Below are positions 9,143 to 18,463 of a DNA stretch of 64,000 nucleotides, piece after piece. A program made the position numbers and the translations under genes. Positions within the stretch are counted from its first letter, which is position 1. Each line of letters begins with the position of its first letter. The DNA lies in IMG/VR virus record IMGVR_UViG_3300034073_003340, positions 186,001 to 250,000 of that record. One strand, 5' to 3'. The notes below the pieces were generated by a model. That model made no database searches. It saw nothing but the letters and a program-made list of their open reading frames with translations, and was not told where the DNA came from.

Positions 9143-9445
9143 CTAAAGTTGACACCAGGTCAACTTGAACAATACTGCGTCACTGGCCTCCTCAAAGGCA
9201 AACAAAACACCCGTGGGAATCTGAGAACTAAAATACCCAGTAGTTATAGGAGGCGCTACCTCATGATAATACACCCATGAGGGAGTATACTCCTTCATCC
9301 ATTCCACAAGGTGAGCTCGAGGATGAATCGCCTTGAACCAATGACCGCTGGCGGTGGTCCCCGATTGATATTCCAAGAGATCAGAACTACCCCCTCGTCG
9401 CCAAAAACTATCACCCAAAGGTATAGGAATAACAACCTCATACAT
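9143..9445 (-). CDS. FKLxW-family small protein
   Basis: MYEVV...FAFEEASDAVLFKLTWCQL. Confidence 0.85.
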   Translation of the reverse strand: MYEVVIPIPLGDSFWRRGGSSDLLEYQSGTTASGHWFKAIHPRAHLVEWMKEYTPSWVYYHEVAPPITTGYFSSQIPTGVLFAFEEASDAVLFKLTWCQL

Positions 9446-9466
9446 AGAACAAATACCCCTAGGGAA

Positions 9467-9775
9467 CTATTGACCACCCCACGTCAACTTGAACATAATG
9501 GCTAACCCCGGTGGACAATCTAAATGATACCAACGAACCCAAGAACTACGCTCATCATCCCAGGAAAACTCTTGAAACCACTGGCCGTTACCCACATGGT
9601 CGTTGAGCCATCTGATCCGCTCACTGGCAATCTCAAGATCATCAGATATGTCATCTTTGGACGAAGGATCATAACACACTATAGAGAACATTGATCCTCT
9701 ATAGTGGACAAAAGACCGATTGTCACTATAGAGAGATTGATCACAAAGATAACTCTGGTGAGGCACTATCATCAA
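9467..9775 (-). CDS. FKLxW-family small protein (first gene of leftward array)
   Basis: Ends LDCPPGLAIMFKLTWGGQ. Confidence 0.8.
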   Translation of the reverse strand: MMIVPHQSYLCDQSLYSDNRSFVHYRGSMFSIVCYDPSSKDDISDDLEIASERIRWLNDHVGNGQWFQEFSWDDERSSWVRWYHLDCPPGLAIMFKLTWGGQ

Positions 9776-10100
9776 GAATCACCAGAGTTGAGGTCAAGAA
9801 TTCTTATCTATATTCAGACAATTTTCCCCTTTTATCAACCATTTTTCTACAACTATAGAGACTGGAGATGCGCATTATTGCTGGCTCTTAGCAACAAAGA
9901 TTACTGATTTGGCAAAAAGAAAATCAAAAATAATTCTTTCAATAGGAAGACAGATTTAGGCGATTCTGACACTTTTTATACCTCTATGGTGACTCTACTG
10001 TAAAGGTATTTTGTTCACTATAGAGACTACTATGGGAGTCACTATGGGAGTCACTATGGAGTCACTATAGTGGACAACACTGGGTATCGCTTTACTATAA
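9677..10100. repeat. CACTAT(A/G)G iteron-like repeat cluster with AT-rich tract
   Basis: cactatagag at 9677, 9724 and 10017, inverted at 9697, aactatagag at 9851; tandem actatgggagtc x2 then actatggagtc at about 10029-10063; A-rich tract at about 9914-9945. Confidence 0.75.
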
Positions 10101-10301
10101 GGACTCAGAGTTTGTCAGTAGACCACTTTTAGATTTTGGTCAAAAATTTGGCCCGCGCGAAATCGCGCTTTCTAGGATTTTGGATCGTCTAGCTTTTTGA
10201 CCCCCCACTTGTCAGAAAAAGCGGTTTGACTTTTTGCTATCAGTCAAGTGAAAATTTCAATACCTACCATCCATTATCTTCTCAGTAGAAGTATTGACCC
10301 A

Positions 10302-10577
10302 TTAGTCTCTTGGTATTGTTTTCAGTTTATTCAGTATAGAGAGGAATTCCTCTCTATAGTATTCTCGTGAGTCCACCAAGTATTCATAGTATAGTTGGAG
10401 TTCATGTTCTTTGGGTCTATACCTATAATCTAGGGTCTTGTGACCATGTACAACGTCCCAGCAGTAATTGGCTACTTTGGATCTAGTCAGCTTTTCCTGG
10501 GATCTCCGATCCTGTAGTTTCCAATCTAAAGTATAGTTGTGTTCCAGGGGAAGTTCTAGTTGATGAGGATCTTTCAT
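10302..10577 (-). CDS. Hypothetical protein
   Basis: 91 aa ORF on the same strand as its neighbours. Confidence 0.65.
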   Translation of the reverse strand: MKDPHQLELPLEHNYTLDWKLQDRRSQEKLTRSKVANYCWDVVHGHKTLDYRYRPKEHELQLYYEYLVDSREYYREEFLSILNKLKTIPRD

Positions 10578-10631
10578 GCCACAGTCCTTTAGTCATGATT
10601 GAACCCCAGAGTTTGTTCTGGGGTTCAACTG

Positions 10632-11789
10632 TTAGTTGCGGAGGATTACTACCAAGTCGCCTGACCAAGAGGGAGGGTTATCGCCTACCACTGCCAAGTG
10701 ATCTCCATAAGCTATTACTCTATCGCCTGCCACTGGGATACTAATTGTGCCCAATAGATCACCAACCGCCCAAGTAATTGTTCCAATCACCTGACCGTTC
10801 TTCTCAATGTCGCGGGTTTGACTCACTGTGGCCGCTTGAGTTGCCTTTACCCTAGAGTTGCTTACGCTGATAGTAAAGGGTTGGAGGGCTGGGTTGAGGG
10901 CAATAGAGCTTGCGCTCGCGGGGCCTTGTCCCACATAGCCTACCGCGATACTTGAAGTGGAAGCTTTGGCGTCTAGTGCCCCTTGTAGACCCGTTACGTC
11001 CTGGATCGTGTGGGTGTGGATAGCCGGAGCCTTGCCATCAAGAGCGGTTTGGAGATTGGTTACCTGAGAGATCGCAATGGAGCCTGTGGCATCTAGTTTG
11101 AGATCCAAGGCCGCTTGTGTCGCAATGCTGATTGGTTTCTGGGCATCACTGGTATTATTGACGTTTGTGATATTGAGAAAACCTTTGACGTCCACATCTG
11201 TGAGTTCGCTGGCCTGACCTGCCCCTGGACTAGTTTTGCCCAAGATGCGGGGTCCTGCGCTCAACTGGATATCAGCAGCCACGTGACTGTGAGTGGCATT
11301 GGCTTTGAGGTCCAGAGCCGTCTGTGTGGCAGTGCTGATTGGCTTCTGGGTATCGCTAGTATTATCCACATTGCCAAGACCAACCGCTGCCTTGTTCAGT
11401 GTTTGGAAAGTTTTATCGCCTCTCCAATACTGTTGGGCCGTTCCTGCCACAATGGCATCTTCCTTGCCAGCCAGGGCCGCTACTGCCGCATTACTCAGGG
11501 GTTTCAGAGCGTCACTGGTATTATTGACGTTTTCCAGTTCCAAAAAGGTTTTGGCCTGAGTGGAGGTCAAGTTTTGAATAGGGGCATCAGTGGAGCCAGT
11601 GGATCTACCCAATAGACCTGCGCCGGGACTTGTTAGACCGCTGGTAGTAATATTACCTTGATCCACCTTGTTGTCTTGATTCAAGTAAAGTTCATCAAAG
11701 TTATTGTTTACTTTAATGAACGCATCGCGCAGGCCCTCGCCGTCACCAGCATTGGCCGCGCTACCAATATTGATAGTTTGCTTTGCCAT
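10632..11789 (-). CDS. Baseplate/tail-fibre protein with T4 gp9/gp10-like N-terminus and tail repeats
   Basis: MAKQTINIGSAANAGDGEGLRDAFIKVNNNFDELY; three NV(N/D)NTSD..KP.S.A..AL repeats; HTHTIQDVTGLQGALDAKA phage-tail repeats. Confidence 0.8.
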   Translation of the reverse strand: MAKQTINIGSAANAGDGEGLRDAFIKVNNNFDELYLNQDNKVDQGNITTSGLTSPGAGLLGRSTGSTDAPIQNLTSTQAKTFLELENVNNTSDALKPLSNAAVAALAGKEDAIVAGTAQQYWRGDKTFQTLNKAAVGLGNVDNTSDTQKPISTATQTALDLKANATHSHVAADIQLSAGPRILGKTSPGAGQASELTDVDVKGFLNITNVNNTSDAQKPISIATQAALDLKLDATGSIAISQVTNLQTALDGKAPAIHTHTIQDVTGLQGALDAKASTSSIAVGYVGQGPASASSIALNPALQPFTISVSNSRVKATQAATVSQTRDIEKNGQVIGTITWAVGDLLGTISIPVAGDRVIAYGDHLAVVGDNPPSWSGDLVVILRN

Positions 11790-11812
11790 TTTATTCTCCT
11801 CGCCCTGGGGCC

Positions 11813-14800
11813 TTAACTGATACTTCCGTCTGTTAGAGCAAGATTGCTCGAGACATTGATCTGGTTGTTATCTGCGGTGTTGGTTACTACACTGCTCTGG
11901 TTGTCATCTAAATCACCTGACAAGTCCCAAATGTTAGCTGCCACTTTGGTCAAAGTAACATTGGAAAATCTCGTGCGAGTAAAACGACTTGTTGGCGTAT
12001 TGATGATCACGCTGGGTCCTGGCACGATTTCTGTTTGACCGGAACCAATCTGAGTGATGTGAATCTGGACACCAATATTTAATTGAACCGTTGAGTTATT
12101 GGGAACCACTACTTGATTGGGTCCAGTAAAAGACCTACGAATATAGGATCCAGCATCACTGGTTTGGAGAGTATAGGAAGCCGTGGTAACTGGAGTTACT
12201 TTCATACCAGCAGCATCAACTTGCTTTTGACCTACCCAAGTTCTAGTTCTACTAAAGTAGCGGAACAAGTAAAAGGTCAGACCATTTGGCACAATATTGG
12301 GGGCCGTGCTGGAGATCCAAGTAATAGGTCCACCCTGCGTTACTTGAAAGTTGACTTGACGATTACCAACTGAATCTTGCTTTACAGCAATCAGGAGTTC
12401 ACTATAAAGTTCACCGCTAGTATTCAGCGGTCCAGGAGCATAGGAGGTTGGCTCTGGTGTCTTGATCGTCAGAGTAGCTGAGCCGGTCAAGTTTACCAAG
12501 AAAGTATTGCCTGATTTTGGATCAATGACACCGTCTGGTACAACTGAGTTGTCTTCAGTATAGCGGAGAAGAATACCACTGGCATTGTAGTGACCAACAA
12601 AGTTTCCTTCGTCTGGCTGGACATCATAGGCCAAACGTGGTCCACTGATAAAGTCCTGATCACTGCGTCTCTTTACACGAGTAAAGGACCATTCACAGTT
12701 TCCTTCTTTGTAGATTTTGCTGAACTCACCATTGTAGTAAAAGTTTACGTTGGTAAGTTCCAATCTATTTTCTGCTCCGCCAGTATTGGCATCCGCAATA
12801 CTGTAGAGACCCACAGTATAGTCTCGGATGGTATCAGGCTGTTGAACGGTGACCTGAACCCAGGGAGTTTTGAGGCTTTCACCTGCGTTATTGGGATCAT
12901 CAATTGGATTACCCTGTGGATCAAGTAATAGGGTCTCGACGTTGTTTCCTTCGTCGTCCTGATTATTCAATAGAGTAACACCGGGATCATCTTCAAACGC
13001 GTCATCTCCCGTAGTGGTTAGAAACTTGGGTCGTCCACCTTCCCAAAGGGGAAGAGATGGGTTATTGATATTCACGCTGTAGTTTTCTGGAATAATGGAT
13101 CCAACATTTTCCATTATCAAAACACCACCATTGTGTTCAATACCTTTGAGTAATGGGGCACCAGAAACCAAAGTAAAGCTTTCGGGACTCAACTGAAGAC
13201 CCGTCCAACCATTTTCAGGAAGACCGCAGTTTTGGAAAACAACACGATTTCCATCCGCAATAGTCGAGTTGTCAATTTTACCCTGAATAGTACAGTTGAA
13301 GAAATTGACATCACCGCCAAGCTGACCATTCAAAGACATAACGGTCAAATCACTCAGAGGACCAGGTCCTCTCAAAAAGGAACAGTCCTTGAAAGTCGCT
13401 TTGCCAACACCACCTACAATCGCAAAAGTAGGCTGAAATATTGAACTTGGTTGATCACTAGTATCAATGGTGATTTTGCTCATGAGCAGTGAATCAACAT
13501 TGAATAGTATTTGGACGTTTCCTTTGATTACTGAATTTGTGGAACCAAAGAAACCCTCAATGGCAAGATTTCTCTTGTTTTGAATATCAACATTTTCCTG
13601 ATATGTTCCACCCAGAAGCATTATGGTATAGGTGGTCAGCAAATCTCCATTGGGGATTTCACTCAACGCGCGATTTATGGTCAGGTAGGGAGAGTTCAGC
13701 GACCCGTTGCCCGTGGTATCATTGCCATTCTTACCAACAAAAATCGTGTTTTGGATCGTCTGAAAGAACTGCTGAACCGAAGACCATACTAGTGTATTAC
13801 TTGGACCCTGTGTTAGAAACTGGCCAGTGGTGCCAGCGGTGGACGGGAAAAGCAGTCCATTTAGGGTCAAAGAGGGCGATTGTAGGGCCACCGCTGGTGC
13901 TTGTAGAGCCAAGCTGGTTCCTGTGCCACCATCTAGTGTGATGCCCGTCTGTGAAACCCTGATAGAGCTGGAAGGAGCAATCGCATGGCTTTCAATGAAG
14001 ACACCATTATTACCAGAAGTGGTAATTGTAAAACCCTGAACGTCCAGATCTCCACCCAGTTGTGGAGTTTCATCAACCACAATTTCAATCAAATTGTTGC
14101 GCAACTGAGCAACTGTCAATCGCTTTGGTTGATTATCACCAGAGGACAAGAAGATGAACTGGTCAGTGTTGGTGACAATTGGCTCGGCGTCCAATTTGCC
14201 AATATCCAGATTGACAGTTGGCGCTTCACCTGTTCCAGTGACCGTTATACCAATTCCACCAGTTACTCCGCTGACACTTCCTGCACCAACGGGTTGCCAG
14301 GATAGATTGGATCCTTGTGCCACCAGGGCAAATGCTCCAGCGCCGCCAGGAGGTGAAAACGCAATTGACTGATTGTTGGAATCACCCACAATAATGGATC
14401 CCTGATTCAGGGTGTGACTCAAAAGACCATAAGGAATTATTTTGGTTCCAGTGGCAATCAATCGACCATTTTGATCAAAGGCAAAGGTTGGAAACACCAA
14501 GTTGCCAGAACCGGTACCAATATTGGTTCCTTGGATTGGAACAGTGATTCCACTCTGATGATCAATATACCAGTCAATAGAGTGTTGAATAGCTTCATGG
14601 GCAGTCAAGCGACCCTTGGCATCAAATGAAAGTCGGAAGTCACCAAGATCACTGTTATAGGTTACTGGGCCCTGGATTGTGTTTGATAGAGTGAAATTTA
14701 TTTCCAATGTTGGATCAGCAGCGCCAACGACTACCGCATTGTCAAATCTATCACTCTGACCCGCGGCATCTCCAACAAAACTCAAACGAGTATTTTGGAT

Positions 14801-14941
14801 TTTCGTCAGTTCATCACTGGCTTGGAACAGCGCCTGTTGAGTCGCATTGGTATTGTCCCTAAACCCCTGTGATGAATTATTGACACCAGGGGTTGGGAAC
14901 GTGACATTCAGGCTATTGGCTCTATTGCGAACGTCGCTCAT
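11813..14941 (-). CDS. Large tail fibre/tailspike-like structural protein
   Basis: N-terminal FPTPGVNNSSQGFRDN coiled segment; IFVGKNGNDTTGNGSLNSPYLTINRAL beta-helix entry motif; C-terminal YTLQTSDAG...IGVQIHITQIGSGQ...LTKVAANIWDLSGDL fibre domain. Confidence 0.75.
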   Translation of the reverse strand: MSDVRNRANSLNVTFPTPGVNNSSQGFRDNTNATQQALFQASDELTKIQNTRLSFVGDAAGQSDRFDNAVVVGAADPTLEINFTLSNTIQGPVTYNSDLGDFRLSFDAKGRLTAHEAIQHSIDWYIDHQSGITVPIQGTNIGTGSGNLVFPTFAFDQNGRLIATGTKIIPYGLLSHTLNQGSIIVGDSNNQSIAFSPPGGAGAFALVAQGSNLSWQPVGAGSVSGVTGGIGITVTGTGEAPTVNLDIGKLDAEPIVTNTDQFIFLSSGDNQPKRLTVAQLRNNLIEIVVDETPQLGGDLDVQGFTITTSGNNGVFIESHAIAPSSSIRVSQTGITLDGGTGTSLALQAPAVALQSPSLTLNGLLFPSTAGTTGQFLTQGPSNTLVWSSVQQFFQTIQNTIFVGKNGNDTTGNGSLNSPYLTINRALSEIPNGDLLTTYTIMLLGGTYQENVDIQNKRNLAIEGFFGSTNSVIKGNVQILFNVDSLLMSKITIDTSDQPSSIFQPTFAIVGGVGKATFKDCSFLRGPGPLSDLTVMSLNGQLGGDVNFFNCTIQGKIDNSTIADGNRVVFQNCGLPENGWTGLQLSPESFTLVSGAPLLKGIEHNGGVLIMENVGSIIPENYSVNINNPSLPLWEGGRPKFLTTTGDDAFEDDPGVTLLNNQDDEGNNVETLLLDPQGNPIDDPNNAGESLKTPWVQVTVQQPDTIRDYTVGLYSIADANTGGAENRLELTNVNFYYNGEFSKIYKEGNCEWSFTRVKRRSDQDFISGPRLAYDVQPDEGNFVGHYNASGILLRYTEDNSVVPDGVIDPKSGNTFLVNLTGSATLTIKTPEPTSYAPGPLNTSGELYSELLIAVKQDSVGNRQVNFQVTQGGPITWISSTAPNIVPNGLTFYLFRYFSRTRTWVGQKQVDAAGMKVTPVTTASYTLQTSDAGSYIRRSFTGPNQVVVPNNSTVQLNIGVQIHITQIGSGQTEIVPGPSVIINTPTSRFTRTRFSNVTLTKVAANIWDLSGDLDDNQSSVVTNTADNNQINVSSNLALTDGSIS

Positions 14942-14953
14942 GCGATCTCCCTT

Positions 14954-17158
14954 TTATTTGTCTCCCGGCGGAAACTTGTAGTATTTACTCTCAGACTGGA
15001 GACTGGTATCAAAAGTCGTAAAGGCAACTGTTGGTGTATCCAAGTTGTCAGGACCGTCAAAAGTTGTAATTTCTGGGAATCCAAATTCAGTTCCATCAAA
15101 AGTAGTTGAAGCAAAACCATCACTAATGAGGAGATACCTATCCACTTCAATAGTGGTTCCCTGAAGATCATCATTAATACCAGCGGTGTCTAGAGCTCTC
15201 ACAATAGCAGGACCGCTTCCTGCTCTCACATGAGCTAATTCAATAGCACATTGGTACCCCAGAATAGTGTCTGGACGTCCTCGCTCTTGTTCACTTATCA
15301 TCCAAAGAGGCAATCCTTCACGACCAGAAATGCCATAACCAGGAAGAGCTCCTGGTAATCTATCGTTGCGATTGATAAGGTCAGATCGCAGGTTCTTTAT
15401 ACTATTGGGATAGTAATTACTTGTGCCTTCCAAGAGGTTCCATTTGGGAATCGCAACAGGTGTCTGACCTGGATTATAACGATTTAGAGGCTCCTCTTGT
15501 CCAAGGGTGTTGAATCCACCTGCCCCTTCCATGGGGTCAAGTATTCCCAAATAAATCACATCGTAGAGATGTACTCCTTCAGGGCTACGTGCTCTGGCCG
15601 TTTGAACTTTACCAATTCTCAACTTAGTTGGATGATGATAGTCTTTGAGGCGATCAATTAGATCACCTGTCTGATAGTTGATACCGTTGGTTAGTAGAAT
15701 TCTATACTGGCGATTTTTTCCAAAATATTGGTCAATTTCTCTATAGAGTTGATCTCTTCCAAGCACAGTCAGTCGGTCTGATGCTAGGGCGCCAGCATTA
15801 TTGACATATCTTATGATTTTGATTTCAGTTCCAGCTGCTGGTATGGAACCAGGAGGAAATATAATAAAATCTTCACGCAACTCAGTAATTCTGGAAATTG
15901 TTCCTCTGTAAATTTGATTATTCAAAAATACATCCACGGCATCACCAAGTCGGCCTCTTGGAACAAGGAACTTTGAATCTGTTCCATTTCCAATATAGAC
16001 TCTCTGACTCACCGAGTAATCAGGTCTTGGCTCTGGTAGAGTTCCCCATACCCATTTGGCTATTTTTTGACGTGCCGGTCCAGGAACATTGAATTGGAGA
16101 CTGGTAACTGAATCAGCAGCAAAAATCGATCTAATGGTAATGGAAAAGCTTCGCTCGCTGGCAATTGCTGACGGACGAACTTCCCCTGTTTCATTATTGA
16201 CGAAAACCACTCTGGCCTCAACAATAAAATCAAAAGTTCTAGTAACCGTCACGTATGGGCATCGACCAATTATAAGACCGGACGATGGATCCAAGAGTAA
16301 GCCTTCTGGTAATGGACGACTACCAGGTGTAATGGTATAGTTGATGACTTGCGATTCAGTAGAATTGCCAGATGCTACTTGGTATTGCGGAACAGCCCTT
16401 ACTCCAAAGTGACTGGGATAGGTCTCAAATGTAGACCCCAAGGATCCCGCTGGAGTTTCCCAGCGAACCACATCGGATAGTCGGGCGTCCAGGACAATAT
16501 CTTGCCCAATTGTCAGCTTGTAGACCTTCTCTGACGTTCTAGGAGATCCCTCTCCGCGAGGATTACTTTGAAGGTCATCCGGGTCTCGAGCATAGACTCT
16601 AAAATAGTAATCACCTGGAACATTTCCAGTAATGGTCGGGGATCCAACAATTCTACCAAATTGGTCAACTTCAAGACCAATAGGCAAACCAGACTGGGAG
16701 CCTGCCGGTCCCTTGTAACCAACCGCCTTGAATTCAAGTGGATCTTGATCTGGGTTGACAATATCCAATTGGATTACAACATTGGATCCTCGATTTACTA
16801 ATCCCAAGTCTTGAATACCAGATGGTGAAGACCAGCTTTGTTCTTCATCGCTCAAATCAACAATAAACCTAAAACTTCTGTCGTAGGTTCTATTGGAAGA
16901 TCGGAGGAATACTCTAAAGACTACTGGATAGCTTTCTTGATCTTTTGGTAATGATCTAACGGTGCCCAGTATTCTCAGAGTTCCATTATTGTAGAATAGT
17001 CCAGGAGGCAATTGGCCGCCAATGAGTTCCAAACGATCCAAATCATTTCTGGCATCTGGAGAAATTTCAAGGCTAATAGAAGCCTGGTCACCACGGCGCC
17101 AAGGTTGTCCATTATTCAATAGATTTCCAGAAGGTGGCGAGAACCAAACAGCAACCAT
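14954..17158 (-). CDS. Virion structural protein with putative Ig-like (He_PIG-type) repeats
   Basis: Three W..P.GSLG...LPxGL...G.I.G...F.V repeats; large C-terminal domain; AGGAGG SD. Confidence 0.75.
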   Translation of the reverse strand: MVAVWFSPPSGNLLNNGQPWRRGDQASISLEISPDARNDLDRLELIGGQLPPGLFYNNGTLRILGTVRSLPKDQESYPVVFRVFLRSSNRTYDRSFRFIVDLSDEEQSWSSPSGIQDLGLVNRGSNVVIQLDIVNPDQDPLEFKAVGYKGPAGSQSGLPIGLEVDQFGRIVGSPTITGNVPGDYYFRVYARDPDDLQSNPRGEGSPRTSEKVYKLTIGQDIVLDARLSDVVRWETPAGSLGSTFETYPSHFGVRAVPQYQVASGNSTESQVINYTITPGSRPLPEGLLLDPSSGLIIGRCPYVTVTRTFDFIVEARVVFVNNETGEVRPSAIASERSFSITIRSIFAADSVTSLQFNVPGPARQKIAKWVWGTLPEPRPDYSVSQRVYIGNGTDSKFLVPRGRLGDAVDVFLNNQIYRGTISRITELREDFIIFPPGSIPAAGTEIKIIRYVNNAGALASDRLTVLGRDQLYREIDQYFGKNRQYRILLTNGINYQTGDLIDRLKDYHHPTKLRIGKVQTARARSPEGVHLYDVIYLGILDPMEGAGGFNTLGQEEPLNRYNPGQTPVAIPKWNLLEGTSNYYPNSIKNLRSDLINRNDRLPGALPGYGISGREGLPLWMISEQERGRPDTILGYQCAIELAHVRAGSGPAIVRALDTAGINDDLQGTTIEVDRYLLISDGFASTTFDGTEFGFPEITTFDGPDNLDTPTVAFTTFDTSLQSESKYYKFPPGDK
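14982..14987 (-). promoter_or_regulatory. TAAATA late-promoter-like box
   Basis: GTAAATAC about 40 nt upstream of the 14941 ATG. Confidence 0.45.
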
Positions 17159-17176
17159 GAAATTCCTCCTATCCCA

Positions 17177-17204
17177 TATTTAGCGGTTCCTGGGATGCTA
17201 AATA
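17177..17204. promoter_or_regulatory. Back-to-back divergent TAAATA late-promoter-like boxes
   Basis: TAAATA on minus at 17177-17182 and on plus at 17199-17204, each followed by an SD and a structural-gene ATG. Confidence 0.6.
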
Positions 17205-17227
17205 CAGGAGCCAACTTGGAGGATATT

Positions 17228-18463
17228 ATGGGAATTAGATTCAAAGGCCGTTTTATACCACAGGGGGCTCTCAAGTTTGCCAATGTCCCTCCTGCTGCTC
17301 CAGTATTCATTACTGATCCCAGCATTTCACCAACAACTGGTATCTCTGGTGAGACTTTGTTTACTGGAAATGATGGTGTATTCACCAATGGCGTTGTTAC
17401 CTCCAGACAATGGTTACTCAACAATATTGTGGTAGCCTCGGGAAATACAGTAACTCCTCTTCTTCCAGGAACATTAGTCTATAGAGTTACTGTTGTTGGC
17501 AACGGCGGCACCGTTGTAGCGAATTCAGCTGCGGTCACCGTAGATCCTGCTCCTCCTCCACTATTCACCGTGGACCCCAGCATCACTCCCAGTGCTGGTA
17601 TTGTGGGTGTAACCACCTATACTGGTAACGATGGTGAATTTACTGGCGGAACTATTACCGCAAGAGATTGGTATGTGGGGACTGAATTCGTGGGTTCCGG
17701 ACCAACCAATATACCTCAAATTACTGGTAATCTGACCTATAGGGTCACGGTGGTCGGGAACGGTGGAACCACTATAGCCAATTCTGCACCTGCTAGCGTT
17801 GAACTTCCAGATCCTCCGGTATTCATTAGAACTCCAAGCGTAACACCAACTTCAGGACTCATGAATGCCACATTTACCGCTGATCCTGGTGAATGGACTG
17901 GTGCTACTTCGGTGACAAGAGAGTGGTTGGTAAACAACAGAGTATTGATTGGGTCGAATGGTTTGACTGTTATCCCAATGAAGGTTGGGCAGTTGGTCTA
18001 TAGAGTGACTTTGTCTAACGCGGCTGGAACAATAGTGGCAACTTCCACTCCAGTAACCGTTAATGTCAATCCAGCCATTGCTCAGCCGCCAACCTGGATT
18101 ACTGGTTCCGGTTACTTTGGTAGCTTTGAAGAAGGTTCTGAGTTCTCTGAACTATTCAACGCAACTGATCCCAATGGTGGTCCTCTGGAATATAGTATTG
18201 TCAGCGGAACATTGCCTCCTGGACTTAGCTTGAATATTTCAACTGGTGAGTTATTTGGAACCATTGGAGCAGTTGAAGAAACCACAAACTTTACATTTAC
18301 CCTTAGGGTAATGGATGAAACCAATCTCACATCTGATCGCCAGTTTGAGATCCAGGTTCAGAACGTCAAGAGCGACGTCTTCTGGGATACCCCAGAAGGT
18401 TCACTTGGTGAACCTAGCGCAGGCTCACTATTCTCAACCAAACTAGCAGCTAGGTCGGTATAA
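17228..18463 (+). CDS. Ig-like repeat virion protein A
   Basis: Three P.F...PS.TP..G......G..T.....W...RVT...GT..A.S repeats, one complete He_PIG-like domain, then ends in a partial one; GGAGG SD before ATG 17228. Confidence 0.8.
   Translation: MGIRFKGRFIPQGALKFANVPPAAPVFITDPSISPTTGISGETLFTGNDGVFTNGVVTSRQWLLNNIVVASGNTVTPLLPGTLVYRVTVVGNGGTVVANSAAVTVDPAPPPLFTVDPSITPSAGIVGVTTYTGNDGEFTGGTITARDWYVGTEFVGSGPTNIPQITGNLTYRVTVVGNGGTTIANSAPASVELPDPPVFIRTPSVTPTSGLMNATFTADPGEWTGATSVTREWLVNNRVLIGSNGLTVIPMKVGQLVYRVTLSNAAGTIVATSTPVTVNVNPAIAQPPTWITGSGYFGSFEEGSEFSELFNATDPNGGPLEYSIVSGTLPPGLSLNISTGELFGTIGAVEETTNFTFTLRVMDETNLTSDRQFEIQVQNVKSDVFWDTPEGSLGEPSAGSLFSTKLAARSV

Noticed and set aside
5099-9495. DNA motif TTCAAGTTGAC in array tails as an att/integron site or internal -35
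   Set aside because: Many members use other synonymous codons, it does not match GTTRRRY, and no -10 is properly spaced; it is explained by F-K-L-T coding.
1-9775. FKLxW as an outer-membrane beta-signal or CRISPR-like repeat
   Set aside because: There are no signal peptides, the proteins are too small, and there are no identical DNA repeats with unique constant-length spacers.
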